DNA of 64,000 nt from Acidimicrobiia bacterium (GTDB taxonomy: Bacteria > Actinomycetota > Acidimicrobiia > Spongiisociales > ZC4RG35): contig CBDBCY010000004.1 in NCBI GenBank assembly GCA_965203555.1, positions 1,088,001 to 1,152,000 on the forward strand. Direction: 5' to 3'. A program made the position numbers and the translations under genes. Positions 42,813 to 53,500 of the stretch are shown piece after piece. The notes under the pieces were generated by a model. It was given only the letters and a program-made list of their open reading frames with translations, ran no database searches and was not told where the DNA came from. Numbering within the stretch: position 1 is the stretch's first letter; each line of letters begins with the position of its first letter.

Positions 42813-42947
42813 AGTCCGCGGGGGACGGAAGGATAGTGGGAAGAGCGCGAGTCAGGCGAGCTTGCGCGCCAGGTAGTGGACGACAATGGCCGGGTACGCG
42901 TATCGGAAGGTTGGTCTCCCGGGGGTGTGAGATAGAAGTTGGATTGG

Positions 42948-43296
42948 CTATGCGGTCGGATCGACCAAGCGCCCTACGAACAGAAGGGCACCGGTTTCAG
43001 GGTGGACGATGGTCCAGAGGAAGGGGCGGTCGGCGATAACCGTAAGGTCGGCCCTTGGCGGGGCTGACTCGTCGAAAGCCATGGCTGTAGCCGCGGCCGC
43101 TTCGGTGCCTTTCTCGTCGACGATCACATGGAGGGCAGCAGTGATCATGAGTTGCGGTGCGATGTTCTCAAATGGCGCTCCGGCGCAGAACCCCAGTGGG
43201 CAGAGCCACTCGAACAGGTCAGTGGACGGCAGGGTCTGTTCCCCCTTGGGCATGGTGAGATCGACATAGCCCTGCTGGGCAGTGGCTCCCAGTCCG
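42948..43296 (-). pseudogene. Serpin 3' fragment (copy 1)
   Basis: DEKGTEAAAATAMAF...ADRPFLWTIVH...LLFVGR; 5' part missing. Confidence 0.85.
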
Positions 43297-43423
43297 GGAC
43301 CGCAACCACCCAATAGTCGCCCCGTAGTGGAGACGCGCGATGGTACTGACAGGACGGGAAATGATGCGGTAACCCCGCCGGTGGGTCACTAAAATCGGTC
43401 GTGGAACACACGAAAGCGACCCC

Positions 43424-43668
43424 ATGAAGACCGAAAACGATGTGGGTGCCTTGATAGCGGCACTAGCACTAACCCTCGATCAACACTTCCCAATTTCCTT
43501 CGCGACTTCGAACAAAACGCTGGCCGCGCGTTCGATCACATGAACGACTTACACACACACCGCGGCGGCGAAGGATATGTCGGTGATGGGCTTTCCGCCG
43601 CCGGGGAAATAGCCCGTCTAGTGCTTGCGGAGGACCTGAACAACGGATACCGACGCGGTGAACGCTAA
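43424..43668 (+). CDS. Small hypothetical protein (one frameshift near 43492)
   Basis: MKTENDVGALIAALALTLDQHF / FLRDFEQNAGRAFDHM...GER*; TAATG coupling to the next ORF. Confidence 0.4.
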
Positions 43669-43901
43669 TGAGCCGCACCGACATCCGCGAAGCGGCACAC
43701 GCCGAAATCGTATCCGACTTGTCGACCCTTGTAAGCGACACGGCTTCGGCTCTCAAGGCCGGTTCCTACAAAATCAATAGATACGGCGACCTTTTTATCA
43801 CGGCCGGTGGTCAACAAGGCAACGATCTCCGTGCGATTCTTGATAAGTGCGGCAAACTAGCCGACCAGATTGAAGACATCCAAGGCATCTTCCCCGACTG
43901 A
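43668..43901 (+). CDS. Small hypothetical protein
   Basis: 77 aa, translationally coupled, amphipathic helices. Confidence 0.45.
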   Translation: MSRTDIREAAHAEIVSDLSTLVSDTASALKAGSYKINRYGDLFITAGGQQGNDLRAILDKCGKLADQIEDIQGIFPD

Positions 43902-43954
43902 CACATTCGCGATTCTCTCCACCACGGGCGGCCAACTTATGGGGTGGGTTGGCC

Positions 43955-44274
43955 CCGTGACTCCTCGCAGTGCCGCCACGATAACCGCCGGGATCGAATC
44001 GAAGGCTTCGATCATGATGCGGCCCGCCTCACCCACCTCCCTCGGATCGACGCCGTCCCCCACTCCCGAGCAGAACCAGGGCGACCACCGACGAGAACGC
44101 CCAGCCCCTTCCCCGAACCACCACAACCTTCGTCGACGACCGGTCGGCCACCTCTCCAGCCGCCCCTGTCAGAGCGTTGAGAGTGGCCATGCCGAGCCAG
44201 TTGAGAGTGCGTGGCCGCTCGATGGTGATCAGAGCCCGGTCGTCGCAGGGATAAACGATGGAGACTTCTGTCAT
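43955..44274 (-). pseudogene. Enoyl-CoA hydratase N-terminal remnant
   Basis: ALITIERPRTLN...VVVVRGRGWAFS, then frameshifted PAVIVAALRG. Confidence 0.65.
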
Positions 44275-44429
44275 ATCGTGCCGAGGGCACCGTAGACCCT
44301 CCAAGAGTGGACAGGGCGACCACCGAACACAGACCGGAGATCAAGGCACCATCCCAGCCCCTCGCATCCATCGGTTCCGGGAAAGGAGTCTGTCTTTGTG
44401 GGATCCGGTAGGTGCCCGGGTCCGGCTAG

Positions 44430-45464
44430 CTATTCGGTCGGATCGACCAAGCGTCCTATGAACAGCAGCGCGCCGGATTCGGGGTGGACGATGGCCCAGA
44501 GGAAGGGACGGTCGGCGACCACCGTGAGATCGGCTTGTGACGGTGTTGACTCGTCGAAAGCCATGGCGGTGGCTGCGGCTGCTTCGGTGCCTTTCTCGTC
44601 GACGATCACCTTGGCGCCGTGGAGGGCGGCGGTGATGAAGATACCCGGGGCGATGCCGTCGAAAGGCGCTCCGGCGCAGAATCCCTGAGGGCAGAGCCAC
44701 TCGAACAGGTCGGTGGGCGGCAGGGTCAGTTCCCACCTGGGCATGGTGAGATCGACATAGCCCTCTTGAGCAAAGGCTCCCAGTCCCGCCAGGTCCTGTG
44801 GGTTGAGCGATTCCTCGACCGCGTCCAGCCCGGCGGGGTCGTGGGGCACGATCAACCACATCGCCAACCGGCCACCCTCATAGGGAAGCTCCACCGCGTC
44901 GGCGCCTTCGAGTCGGACGAAGCGCCGATGCACCGGTTCGCGGTCGCGCATGAACGGCACCGTCACCACCCGGCGGTCACCGGTGGTGAACCGGCCATCG
45001 GCGGTCAAGTCGGGGAGGAAAGGCTCCAACCAGTCGGCCTTCAGATACACCGCGTTCACCAGGACCAGTTCCTGGCCTTGGACAACCTGCTCGGTGACGA
45101 TTGTGGGAATGAGTTCCCGAGTGGCATCCGATATCCATTCGTTGATGGTCTCTGCCGCTGTAGCGCCATCGTCGAGGTCGACCGGGTGGATCGCCGCTCC
45201 GTAGTGGGAAGCGGCGGTCTCCAAGAACGCGGGCAACGGAGAGAACTCGTCGTCGGGAAAGAGACGGTTGGCCACCTCCAAGGTGGTCGGTTCCACCGAA
45301 GCCTCCGCCAGGATCAGATCGACCGCATTGGCCGCAGCATGGAGATCGGCCTCGGGGAACCAGAAGATCTCATCAAGCACCGCCCCCGTGTCTTCGGATG
45401 CGCCGGCACGGATGAGACTGAAGGCCAGACCGAGGCTCACCGGGCTCGAGACCGCGTTGCCCAA
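44430..45464 (-). CDS. Serpin (copy 2), N-terminally truncated by an IS1634 fragment
   Basis: GNAVSSPVSL, INEWISDAT, LVNAVYLKADW, ELPYEG, DEKGTEAAAAT hinge, ADRPF. An in-frame stop lies 13 codons upstream of the TTG, so helix A and signal peptide are absent. Confidence 0.85.
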   Translation of the reverse strand: MGNAVSSPVSLGLAFSLIRAGASEDTGAVLDEIFWFPEADLHAAANAVDLILAEASVEPTTLEVANRLFPDDEFSPLPAFLETAASHYGAAIHPVDLDDGATAAETINEWISDATRELIPTIVTEQVVQGQELVLVNAVYLKADWLEPFLPDLTADGRFTTGDRRVVTVPFMRDREPVHRRFVRLEGADAVELPYEGGRLAMWLIVPHDPAGLDAVEESLNPQDLAGLGAFAQEGYVDLTMPRWELTLPPTDLFEWLCPQGFCAGAPFDGIAPGIFITAALHGAKVIVDEKGTEAAAATAMAFDESTPSQADLTVVADRPFLWAIVHPESGALLFIGRLVDPTE

Positions 45465-46038
45465 CCAGGCCGACTGGTCCGCGCCGTCGCTTGACCAGTA
45501 CTACCGTGCCCTCAACGCCGTAGCCGATGTCAAACAGGAGACCGAGGAGCATCTGTATCAACGGCTGTGCGATTTGACGAACCTCGGGCTGCGACTGGTG
45601 TGCTATGACCTGACATCCCACCCTGTTTCGAAGGTTCCACCCGACCCTCCGACGCGTTTTCGTCGCGAGTGTTCGGGTACTCTCGGGACTATCGCCCGGA
45701 CCGGCCCCGGATAGTGATCGGTCTGTTGTGCACGACCGACGGGATCCCTATAGCCCATCACGTGTTCGCAGGGAACACCAACGACGCGTCCACCCTATCG
45801 GAGGTGTTGAACGGTCTGGCCAAACGGTTCGCGGTGGGCTCGATCTGTGTGGTAGCGGACCGACGCACCCCCCTACAAACCCGGGCACTCACCGCCATCG
45901 GAGTCGACACCCGCACCTGGGACAAAGCCACCATCACCCAACCCTAAAGAGGGTCCGAACCCCCCAATGTAGTGGAAACACCATCCACGCGCACACCCCC
46001 TGACCAGGCAAAACACCAAACCACCCGCCAAATTCGGG
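45465..46038 (+). mobile_element. IS1634-family remnant (5' end lost, large internal deletion)
   Basis: YYRALNAV..., VCYDLTS, FGYSRD.RPDRP, GNTND, VVADR joined directly to the C-terminal RALTAIGVDT; ends AATTCGGG. Confidence 0.8.
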
Positions 46039-46198
46039 TCTGAAAGACAAGGGAATCGGTGAGGCTACCGATAGGATTTGAGAATGGCGGGTTTGGTCCT
46101 TGGCACATGCGGCCGGGGACGGTTCACCGAAGCGGCAGCTTTGCTGATGACCTACCTCTACAGAACGAATAAACAACGACTCCGAAAGGATTCACACC

Positions 46199-46507
46199 AT
46201 GAATACTACCCAGTTAGTGGAGTGCGAGCCGTGTCGCGGTTCCGGCTTCGTCGAAGCGCCCATCCTCCTCGACACCCCCAGGAACGTTTATGCGGAGCTA
46301 CTAGCAACCAAAGCCACAACCATTGAGGAGGCAGCCCGGCAAGTGCCAGGCTCCGAGGAAGCGGTGAAACGTATCCGCAAATGCGATGCAACCCCTGGGT
46401 TCTCCCACACCTCTCGATGGAGAGTGTGCGCCCATGAACAGGCCCAGCTTTCCCGAGTCCCAATAGTCTCGGCGAGTGATCCACTCCACGGGGTGCTATA
46501 CGGATGA
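46199..46507 (+). CDS. Hypothetical protein with CxxCxGxG motif
   Basis: AAGGA RBS; CEPCRGSG. Confidence 0.55.
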   Translation: MNTTQLVECEPCRGSGFVEAPILLDTPRNVYAELLATKATTIEEAARQVPGSEEAVKRIRKCDATPGFSHTSRWRVCAHEQAQLSRVPIVSASDPLHGVLYG

Positions 46508-46674
46508 TGCTCCTCTGGAAAATCCTGGCTCAGCGAATCTTCCTATTCCTCGTGCTCTTGGGGACGCCGTTGCTGATAGTGCACTGGGCAGAATCCGTGC
46601 TGGCCGTGCCCCTCATCGGGTTCACGGTCCTACTGCACCAAGAAGCCAGAATCCGGATTCGCACAACAACCAAG
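46504..46674 (+). CDS. Small membrane protein abutting the IS630 copy 2 insertion
   Basis: ATGA coupling, two hydrophobic segments. Confidence 0.45.
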
Positions 46675-47830
46675 TGGTCCGTCGTGTTTTTGGTTTGATG
46701 AGTTAAGGTTGGGGTATGCCTGTGATTATTGCGCCCCCGTTGGAGATGTCGGTTGCTCAGCGTTCTGCGTTGGAACAGATAGCGAGGTCGGAATCGTTGC
46801 CGTTTCGGCGGGTTCGCCAGGCCAGGGGCCTGTTGTTGGCTGCTGATGGTGTGGCCAACGAGGAGACCGCCCGGAGGGTGGGAGTGTCGTCGAACACGGT
46901 CCGGGCTTGGCGGAAACGTTTCACCGAGGACGGTGTTGAAGGGGGTGGGGGTGATCCGTCCGGGTCGGGGACGTCCCCCGGTGATCAGCCAGGAGGTGGT
47001 GGAACAGATAGTTTCGGACACGTTGGGTACCCGCCCGGCGGACGGGTCGACGCATTGGTCGACCAGGACGATTGCGGCCCGTCACGAGGTGGGAAAGGAC
47101 ACCGTGGCCCGTATCTGGAAAGCGCGGGGACTGCAACCCTGGCGAACCGAGACGTTCAAGCTGCTCTGATGATCCTCGTTTTGAGGAGAAGTTGGTGGAC
47201 GTGGTGGGTTTGTACATGAACCCGCCCGAACGGGCGGTGGTGTTGTGCGTGGACGAAAAGTCCCAGATCCAGGCGCTGGAACGCTCCCAGAAGTCCCTGC
47301 CGCTGAAACCCGGACGGGCGGGAACCATGACCCATGACTACAAACGCAACGGCACCACCACTTTGTTCGCGGCGTTAGACACCGCCACGGGGAAGATCAT
47401 CGCCGATTATCGACCCAGACATCGTCACCAGGAGTTTTTGGGCTTTTTGAGACTGATCGAACGTCATGTCCCCTCCGATCTGGACGTTCATCTGGTGATC
47501 GACAACTACGCCGCTCACAAGCATGCCAACGTCACCCGCTGGCTGCAGGCCCCCCGCCGTCGGGACCGCTGGCACACCCATTACACGCCCACTTCGGCGT
47601 CGTGGCTGAACCTGGTCGAAAGATGGTTCCGGGAACTCACCCAAAAACAGATACGCCGGGACAGCTTCCGAAGCGTCGGACAACTCATCAAAGCGATCAA
47701 CACCTGGACCGACCACTGGAACCAAAACCCCAAACCCTTCATCTGGCACAAAACCGCACAAGAAATCGTCACCAAAGTACAACGAGGACGCGCAACCCTC
47801 CACCAAACCAAAACCGCGACACACCACTAG
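46671..47830 (+). mobile_element. IS630-family element copy 2 (transposase frameshifted)
   Basis: Near-identical to 40453..41610 in opposite orientation; left end CAAGTGGTCCGTCG (degenerate), right end CGACACACCACTAG. Confidence 0.92.
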
Positions 47831-48122
47831 CCTCTGATAAGCCGCTCAAACAGCCTCGTCCCAGGGAGGAACCCATGGCAGTACATGCCCTAGCAAGTCA
47901 AATCGTGCGGGCTCAGAGATGGATATACCTCGGTGATCGGAGGAGAATCCTGTCGCACCTCACCATGAGGTCTGTTCAATACTCGCCTCAAAGAAGTGGC
48001 CTCCGCCGTTTGGGATCGGATGATGTGTTGAGCGGAGGCTATGCCCGAGAGGTTTCAACCTCGCCCGGCAGGGCTGTGAACAGGTTCGGACGTCCCACGC
48101 AGTGCCGTTCGGAGGGTAGAGG

Positions 48123-50378
48123 ATGACTTACGATCTCTTGGAGGCACAGTCGTTCTGGGACTGTGTTGACTCGTTGCGCCGCGACGACGGCTATAAAGCA
48201 GCCCTCGTGGATTGTATCACTGAATTGCGTAGGCAGCCATTTCGGAATACAAAGTTGAAGACTCATGATATTGGCACTTCGAGTAACGGTAAGAAGCTAT
48301 TCGCTTCGGATGTGGGAGGCAGGCGTAGTGATCGAAGGGTGGTGTGGCAGCGGTTTAACAAGACGATCGTCCTTCTTTTGTACGGGACCCACAAAATCTA
48401 TGACCGAGCTAAACGGATGTCGATTGAGTTCGATCCTGAAACAGGGCAACACACAGTCTACGAGCGGGCTCCAGACTCAGGGACCAAGCAACTATATGCA
48501 AAACAGCGGGAGAGAATTGGCAAGCTGTTCATGGCATGGACCGACCGAGAGTTGGCATCTCTAGGACTGCCGAAACCTGTGATTGCTCACCTCCGGATGA
48601 TCAACTCCGACGACGAGTTTCTTGCAATGGAGCACGAACTCGGTCCTTACTTTGAGACCGCTTTCGACTTGATCACGACAGGGCATCCGCTCAAGCAACC
48701 GGCAGACGGTCATGACCTTGATCCTGTCGAAGCAAGGGAACCACCGGTGACCAATGAGGATCGTGAGATAGAACGCCACCTAACGGATGACCAGAAGAGG
48801 ATCTCGTTTACTCGAGTCGAGCCAGAGTTTCTTGCCGATGTTATGGGGAAACCGATTGAGGACTGGATGATCTTCCTTCATCCAGACCAGCGGTCTGCGA
48901 TCCAGCGCCACTATGCGGGGCCGGCAAGGGTGCGCGGGTCGGCCGGCACGGGGAAGACGGTGGTGGGACTTCATAGGGCAGTGTGGCTAGCCAAACGGAA
49001 CCAAGCCCTGAGACAGGAGCAGAGAGATCAGCTGATGCCCGCCAATAAGGTGATACGGCCAGTCCTATTCACCACGTTCATCAAAACGCTGACGCCCGTA
49101 TGCGAAGCACTGTACATGCGGCTCCCGGCAGCACCTGCTGGCGAGGTGCATTTCATGAACGTGGATCGTTTGGCTCGCAAGGTGTGCCTGATGTCCGGTG
49201 AACGTGTGAGTGTCGACTGGGGACAAGTAGGGGAGGCCTTCGCTACAGCCTTCGCTAGGGTGGCGGGCCCCGGCACGCCACTGGCCCGTAGCGGATTTAC
49301 CGAACGGTACCTTCGCGAAGAGATAACGGTAGTCATTAAGGGTCGAGCAATCGACTCCATCGACGAGTATCTCCGCATCGCTCGGACTGGGAGGCGAGTC
49401 CCGATGGGTCAGAATCTTAGAACCCAGGTTTGGAAACTCCGAGAAGCCTGGGATGAAGAGATGGCGAGGCGAGGCGTCGTCGACTTCCCGGATGTAATCG
49501 TGAGGGCACTCCATTGTGCGCGGCAACTCGACGAACCGCTCTATTCAGCGGTCATCGTCGACGAAGCTCAAGACATTACGATGGCCCGTCTCCTGTTCCT
49601 TAGGGCACTAGTAAACGCTCCCCACCCGGACAGAGACCGGCAGAACGGGCTTCTCATTCTTGGAGACGGCGCTCAGCGTATTTATCCCGGCGGTTACACC
49701 CTGCGCCAAGCGGGCATCGAAGTCCGGGGCCGGACGACCACTCTTGCCGTCAACTACCGCAACACCGATGAGATCCTAAACGCCGCCATGGCAGTGGCTG
49801 GGGACAGTCATGTCCAGGACATCGGCGAAGAGTTTCGACGGGGTGATGAACCGGCGGATGTCTCCAGGCAAGGGCCTCGTCCATTGCTCGTCAGGGCATC
49901 AGGAATCGACCAGCAGTTGGAAGAGATCGTTAGCCGCATCGTTGAGATCACAAGAACAGACAAAGACATCGGACCCGGCGATATAGCGGTTCTCGTGCCG
50001 ACGAATAATCTGGTGAACACGGTGTGTACAGGAATCTCGCGAGCCGGGCTCGCAGTGCAGAAGCTCGAAAATTATAACGGAAAGCCAAACCATCTAGTCA
50101 AAGTGGGGACGTTCCACCGAGGAAAGGGACTGGAGTTCAAAGTTGTATTCCTCCCACACCTCAACAGAGGCTACTTCCCGAGGAAACCTAAGGAAAACCA
50201 GTCGATCGAGGAGGCTGCTGAGGCGCGGGAACTGGAGATCTCCCAACTGTTCGTTGCCATGACGCGGGCTAGAGACATACTGATCCTCCTCTATGACGAC
50301 CAGCCCAGTGAAGCACTCGTCTATGTGGTGGACCATTTTGATCGACAGGAACAGATGAAGGGACAACGGCGGGATTGA
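48123..50378 (+). CDS. RelE/YafQ-like domain fused to a UvrD (SF1) helicase
   Basis: N-terminal about 95 aa RelE-like (RVVW...LLLYGTH..Y); FLHPDQ, GSAGTGKT, VDEAQD, GDGAQRIY, NYRN, HRGKGLEF, VAMTRAR. Confidence 0.85.
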   Translation: MTYDLLEAQSFWDCVDSLRRDDGYKAALVDCITELRRQPFRNTKLKTHDIGTSSNGKKLFASDVGGRRSDRRVVWQRFNKTIVLLLYGTHKIYDRAKRMSIEFDPETGQHTVYERAPDSGTKQLYAKQRERIGKLFMAWTDRELASLGLPKPVIAHLRMINSDDEFLAMEHELGPYFETAFDLITTGHPLKQPADGHDLDPVEAREPPVTNEDREIERHLTDDQKRISFTRVEPEFLADVMGKPIEDWMIFLHPDQRSAIQRHYAGPARVRGSAGTGKTVVGLHRAVWLAKRNQALRQEQRDQLMPANKVIRPVLFTTFIKTLTPVCEALYMRLPAAPAGEVHFMNVDRLARKVCLMSGERVSVDWGQVGEAFATAFARVAGPGTPLARSGFTERYLREEITVVIKGRAIDSIDEYLRIARTGRRVPMGQNLRTQVWKLREAWDEEMARRGVVDFPDVIVRALHCARQLDEPLYSAVIVDEAQDITMARLLFLRALVNAPHPDRDRQNGLLILGDGAQRIYPGGYTLRQAGIEVRGRTTTLAVNYRNTDEILNAAMAVAGDSHVQDIGEEFRRGDEPADVSRQGPRPLLVRASGIDQQLEEIVSRIVEITRTDKDIGPGDIAVLVPTNNLVNTVCTGISRAGLAVQKLENYNGKPNHLVKVGTFHRGKGLEFKVVFLPHLNRGYFPRKPKENQSIEEAAEARELEISQLFVAMTRARDILILLYDDQPSEALVYVVDHFDRQEQMKGQRRD

Positions 50379-50558
50379 CCGATCTCCGCCATTTGGGCAG
50401 ATGCCGTAGATTTCTTCATTCGGCAGTGAGAGTCACCAAGGCTGTTCCAATCAGATGACAGCTGTAGGCGATCAACGAAGGTAGCCAGAGCCGATCACTG
50501 AGTCACCCGGCACACGACTTAGGCGCCGCCGTTGTAACATTGCCCCACCTGGGGGTCG

Positions 50559-53500
50559 TCATCGGGCCCAGAGCCAGTCGAGATCTGAGAAGGCGAGTGC
50601 TCGATTGAAGTTCTGGATGTTGTCGCGGACGTTGAGTATGAGGCATCGGTCATCGCCACCGTTCTTCGGTCCTCTGAGACCTCTGCCGATCATTTGAAAG
50701 TAGAGATTCGGGCTGTACACCGGCCGGGCCACAATGATGGCGCGGGTCTTTGGCGCGTCGAATCCTTCGGTGAATACGCCGTAGTTGACCAGCACCTGGA
50801 GGTTGCCATCACGAAACTCCTGAACGATTCGCCGGCGAGTTGCCGACTCAGTTGCTCCGCTTACCGCTCTTGCAGCGGTTCCTTTCCTATTGAGGAGTGC
50901 TGCAACGGTCTGAGCGTGTTCCACCGATGTTGCGAAGATGAGTGTGGGCCACTCCGGTCGAACGTGCTTCTCATAGGCCCCGATGATGCGTTTGGTGCGT
51001 TCGGCGTCGCTTGCGATACGGTTTTCGGCGCTTTGCGGGAGCCACACTTGAGCGAGCCGTCGTGCTAGTTCCCCTGATCCCCGCCGGAATCTTGACATTA
51101 CTTCCAGTTCTTCTGTGGTGAGTTGGAGGGTGCTGCCTGGGATGGTCTCGTGGTCAACCTGAGCGAGAACTTGCATGGTTTGTAACTCCGTGACCACGAC
51201 TTGAGGATCGCTGTCGTTGAATGCTCCAGTATCAAGACGTCTGTTGCCGTACCGGCGAGTGAGCCTGGCTGTCTCTGGCACATCGCGTCCTCGATACGGT
51301 GTCGCCGTTAGTCCGAGGAGGAACGGCTCGTCCGCTTCTTGATACCGGGTTAGGCCGATCTCCTCCATCACCGAGGTTGAGGTCGGCGCCAGTGACCGGT
51401 GCGCCTCGTCAAAGACCACAAGCTTGAAGTCCTTCAAGAATCGGTATTGACGGCTCTGGCTGGATAGCCTGGCATTGAGAGTCTGGACCGTGGCAACGAT
51501 TACGTGTTGGTGGTCCGTTGGCAATGGACTGCTCTGCCCGCCCCAGAATCGGGAGATGCGAAGCTGCTGTGCCTCGGCACCTACGCTCGCCCACACCTGC
51601 CGCCAGGCCTCCACCGCTTGCTCGCACAATTCATCGCGGTCCGCCACCCAAAGAACACCTCCGCGAAATCTGTCCTCCCGGATAGCCTCAACAATTGCCT
51701 GGACTGCGACCCGGGTTTTTCCGGATCCTGTCGGCAGGCTGATCATTCCACGCCCGTTTGCGCTTGCACCGCGGTTGTTGCCCAGCATGGCACGAACGTT
51801 GTTGGCAATTGTGCTCTGGTAGCTGTGCAGCTCCGGGAGATAGGGAGGGCCATTGATCTCTAGGTATGGGGAACGGCGCCTGTTTCGTTCTCCGGCCCAC
51901 TCGCTGGAGAACCCGAGGGAGCGCACAAAATCCACTGCCCTTGCCGACGCAGCCCACTGCACAGGTGGGTCGAGGTGACTTAGAACCTGTCTGTATTGCC
52001 TGAGGGCATCAGTATGGTAGGTCGCAATCGCGGCTTCCGCTATGTCTATCCCCGTTAGTATGTCACCGTCGATTTCCAACACTCTTATGAGCGAGCGAGG
52101 GAGCCCCCTGCGTAGGTACTCCTCGCCCACTGCGGCCAGGAGGCGTTCCGCATCTGTAGACAGTTGCCGTATGGCCTTGCGCCGCTCCTCGACTTCACCG
52201 GGCGTGCGGCGTTGCAAAATGGCCTCCATTTCCTGGTCGGTCACTCCAAGCTCCATTTCCTGGATGACCAGCCTCAGGGCTTCACCCTGATTATCTTCAA
52301 TGTTGTTCGCCAGGTAGACGTTGGGCACCTGGAAGATGGTGGGGCGCTCCTGGCCAGCTACGAGGATGCGCTCACACAGCACCAAGTGACTTGATCTGCG
52401 ACGAGGGGGAAGGTACTCCTTCAATCCGGGCCAGGCATCGGTTAGTGGGATGGGATCCTGTTCACCAAGAATCTCCGGCATCGGATCCGACAGGTCAAAG
52501 AGTGCCTTAATTCGGTCAGCGGAAGGATGCTGTAGCAGTGCCAACAAGGCCGACGCGTTCACTGGATGCTGCCCGAGAGCATCGGCGAAGGGCACGATGT
52601 CACCATAGACCCGAAGTCGACCATGCATCCGCAGCATGTGAGCAGTGAGTGATTGGAATGGGATTTTGGGGTACGAGTCCCGGTTTTGACCCTTGTGCCA
52701 CATGAGCCACGGTTTGTATAACGCGTCCGTTCTCAACGCAGCGTCGGTGTAAAGCGCCCTGGCTTCATCGGAAAGCAGAGTAAGGACGTTCACCGGACCT
52801 ACACCGGTGCTCGACGTGAATCCCAGGTATCCCTTTCGCGGGTTTTTGTGCGGCACTCGTTGCCGATACAGCTTCGCACAGAGTTGCTCATAGTGTCCGT
52901 AGCCTGGTTCGTGCGATAGGCAGTGCTGTTCTTGCGGCTTGTCTGATACGCCCAGAAGCCGAAGCAACGCCTCATCTCTCTCATGGAACTCCGTGTCCAC
53001 GGCAACCTCGGTGTCGCGGCTACCGTCGTCGGGAACGATGGCACCAGGCATCAACACGGAGTGCAGGGGACGCCACTCGCCAGCTTTGGTTCGAACACGA
53101 ATGCTTGTGTTCCAACCGCCATGCTCCTCTATGACGTTGTGAGCATTCTGGACCCCTATTTTGCGAGAGGCCGCCCAGAATCTTCGATTGAGGGTGCCAT
53201 CTGCCTTGCCGGGGAGTCCCATTACTTCCGCGGCGACTTGTCTGAAAAGGCTCTCTCGCGACGGAGTCCTCAGCCCCAGTTCTCTCAACGCTGCCAGTGT
53301 CTTGCGGTCCGAAACCAAATCCGGATGGACGTAGGAACGGCGGTCTTCAAGTGTATTGACCACTAACTCGTTAGGCAGGAAGAGGGAGACAGGATCGGCA
53401 GACCGCCAACTGTTGTCCGCCGTCAGCACGATGTTCCCCAAAGCAGACTTCGTTCGAATCTCCTCGGGGATGAGAACGGCGGTTTGGATCGCTGCCATGG

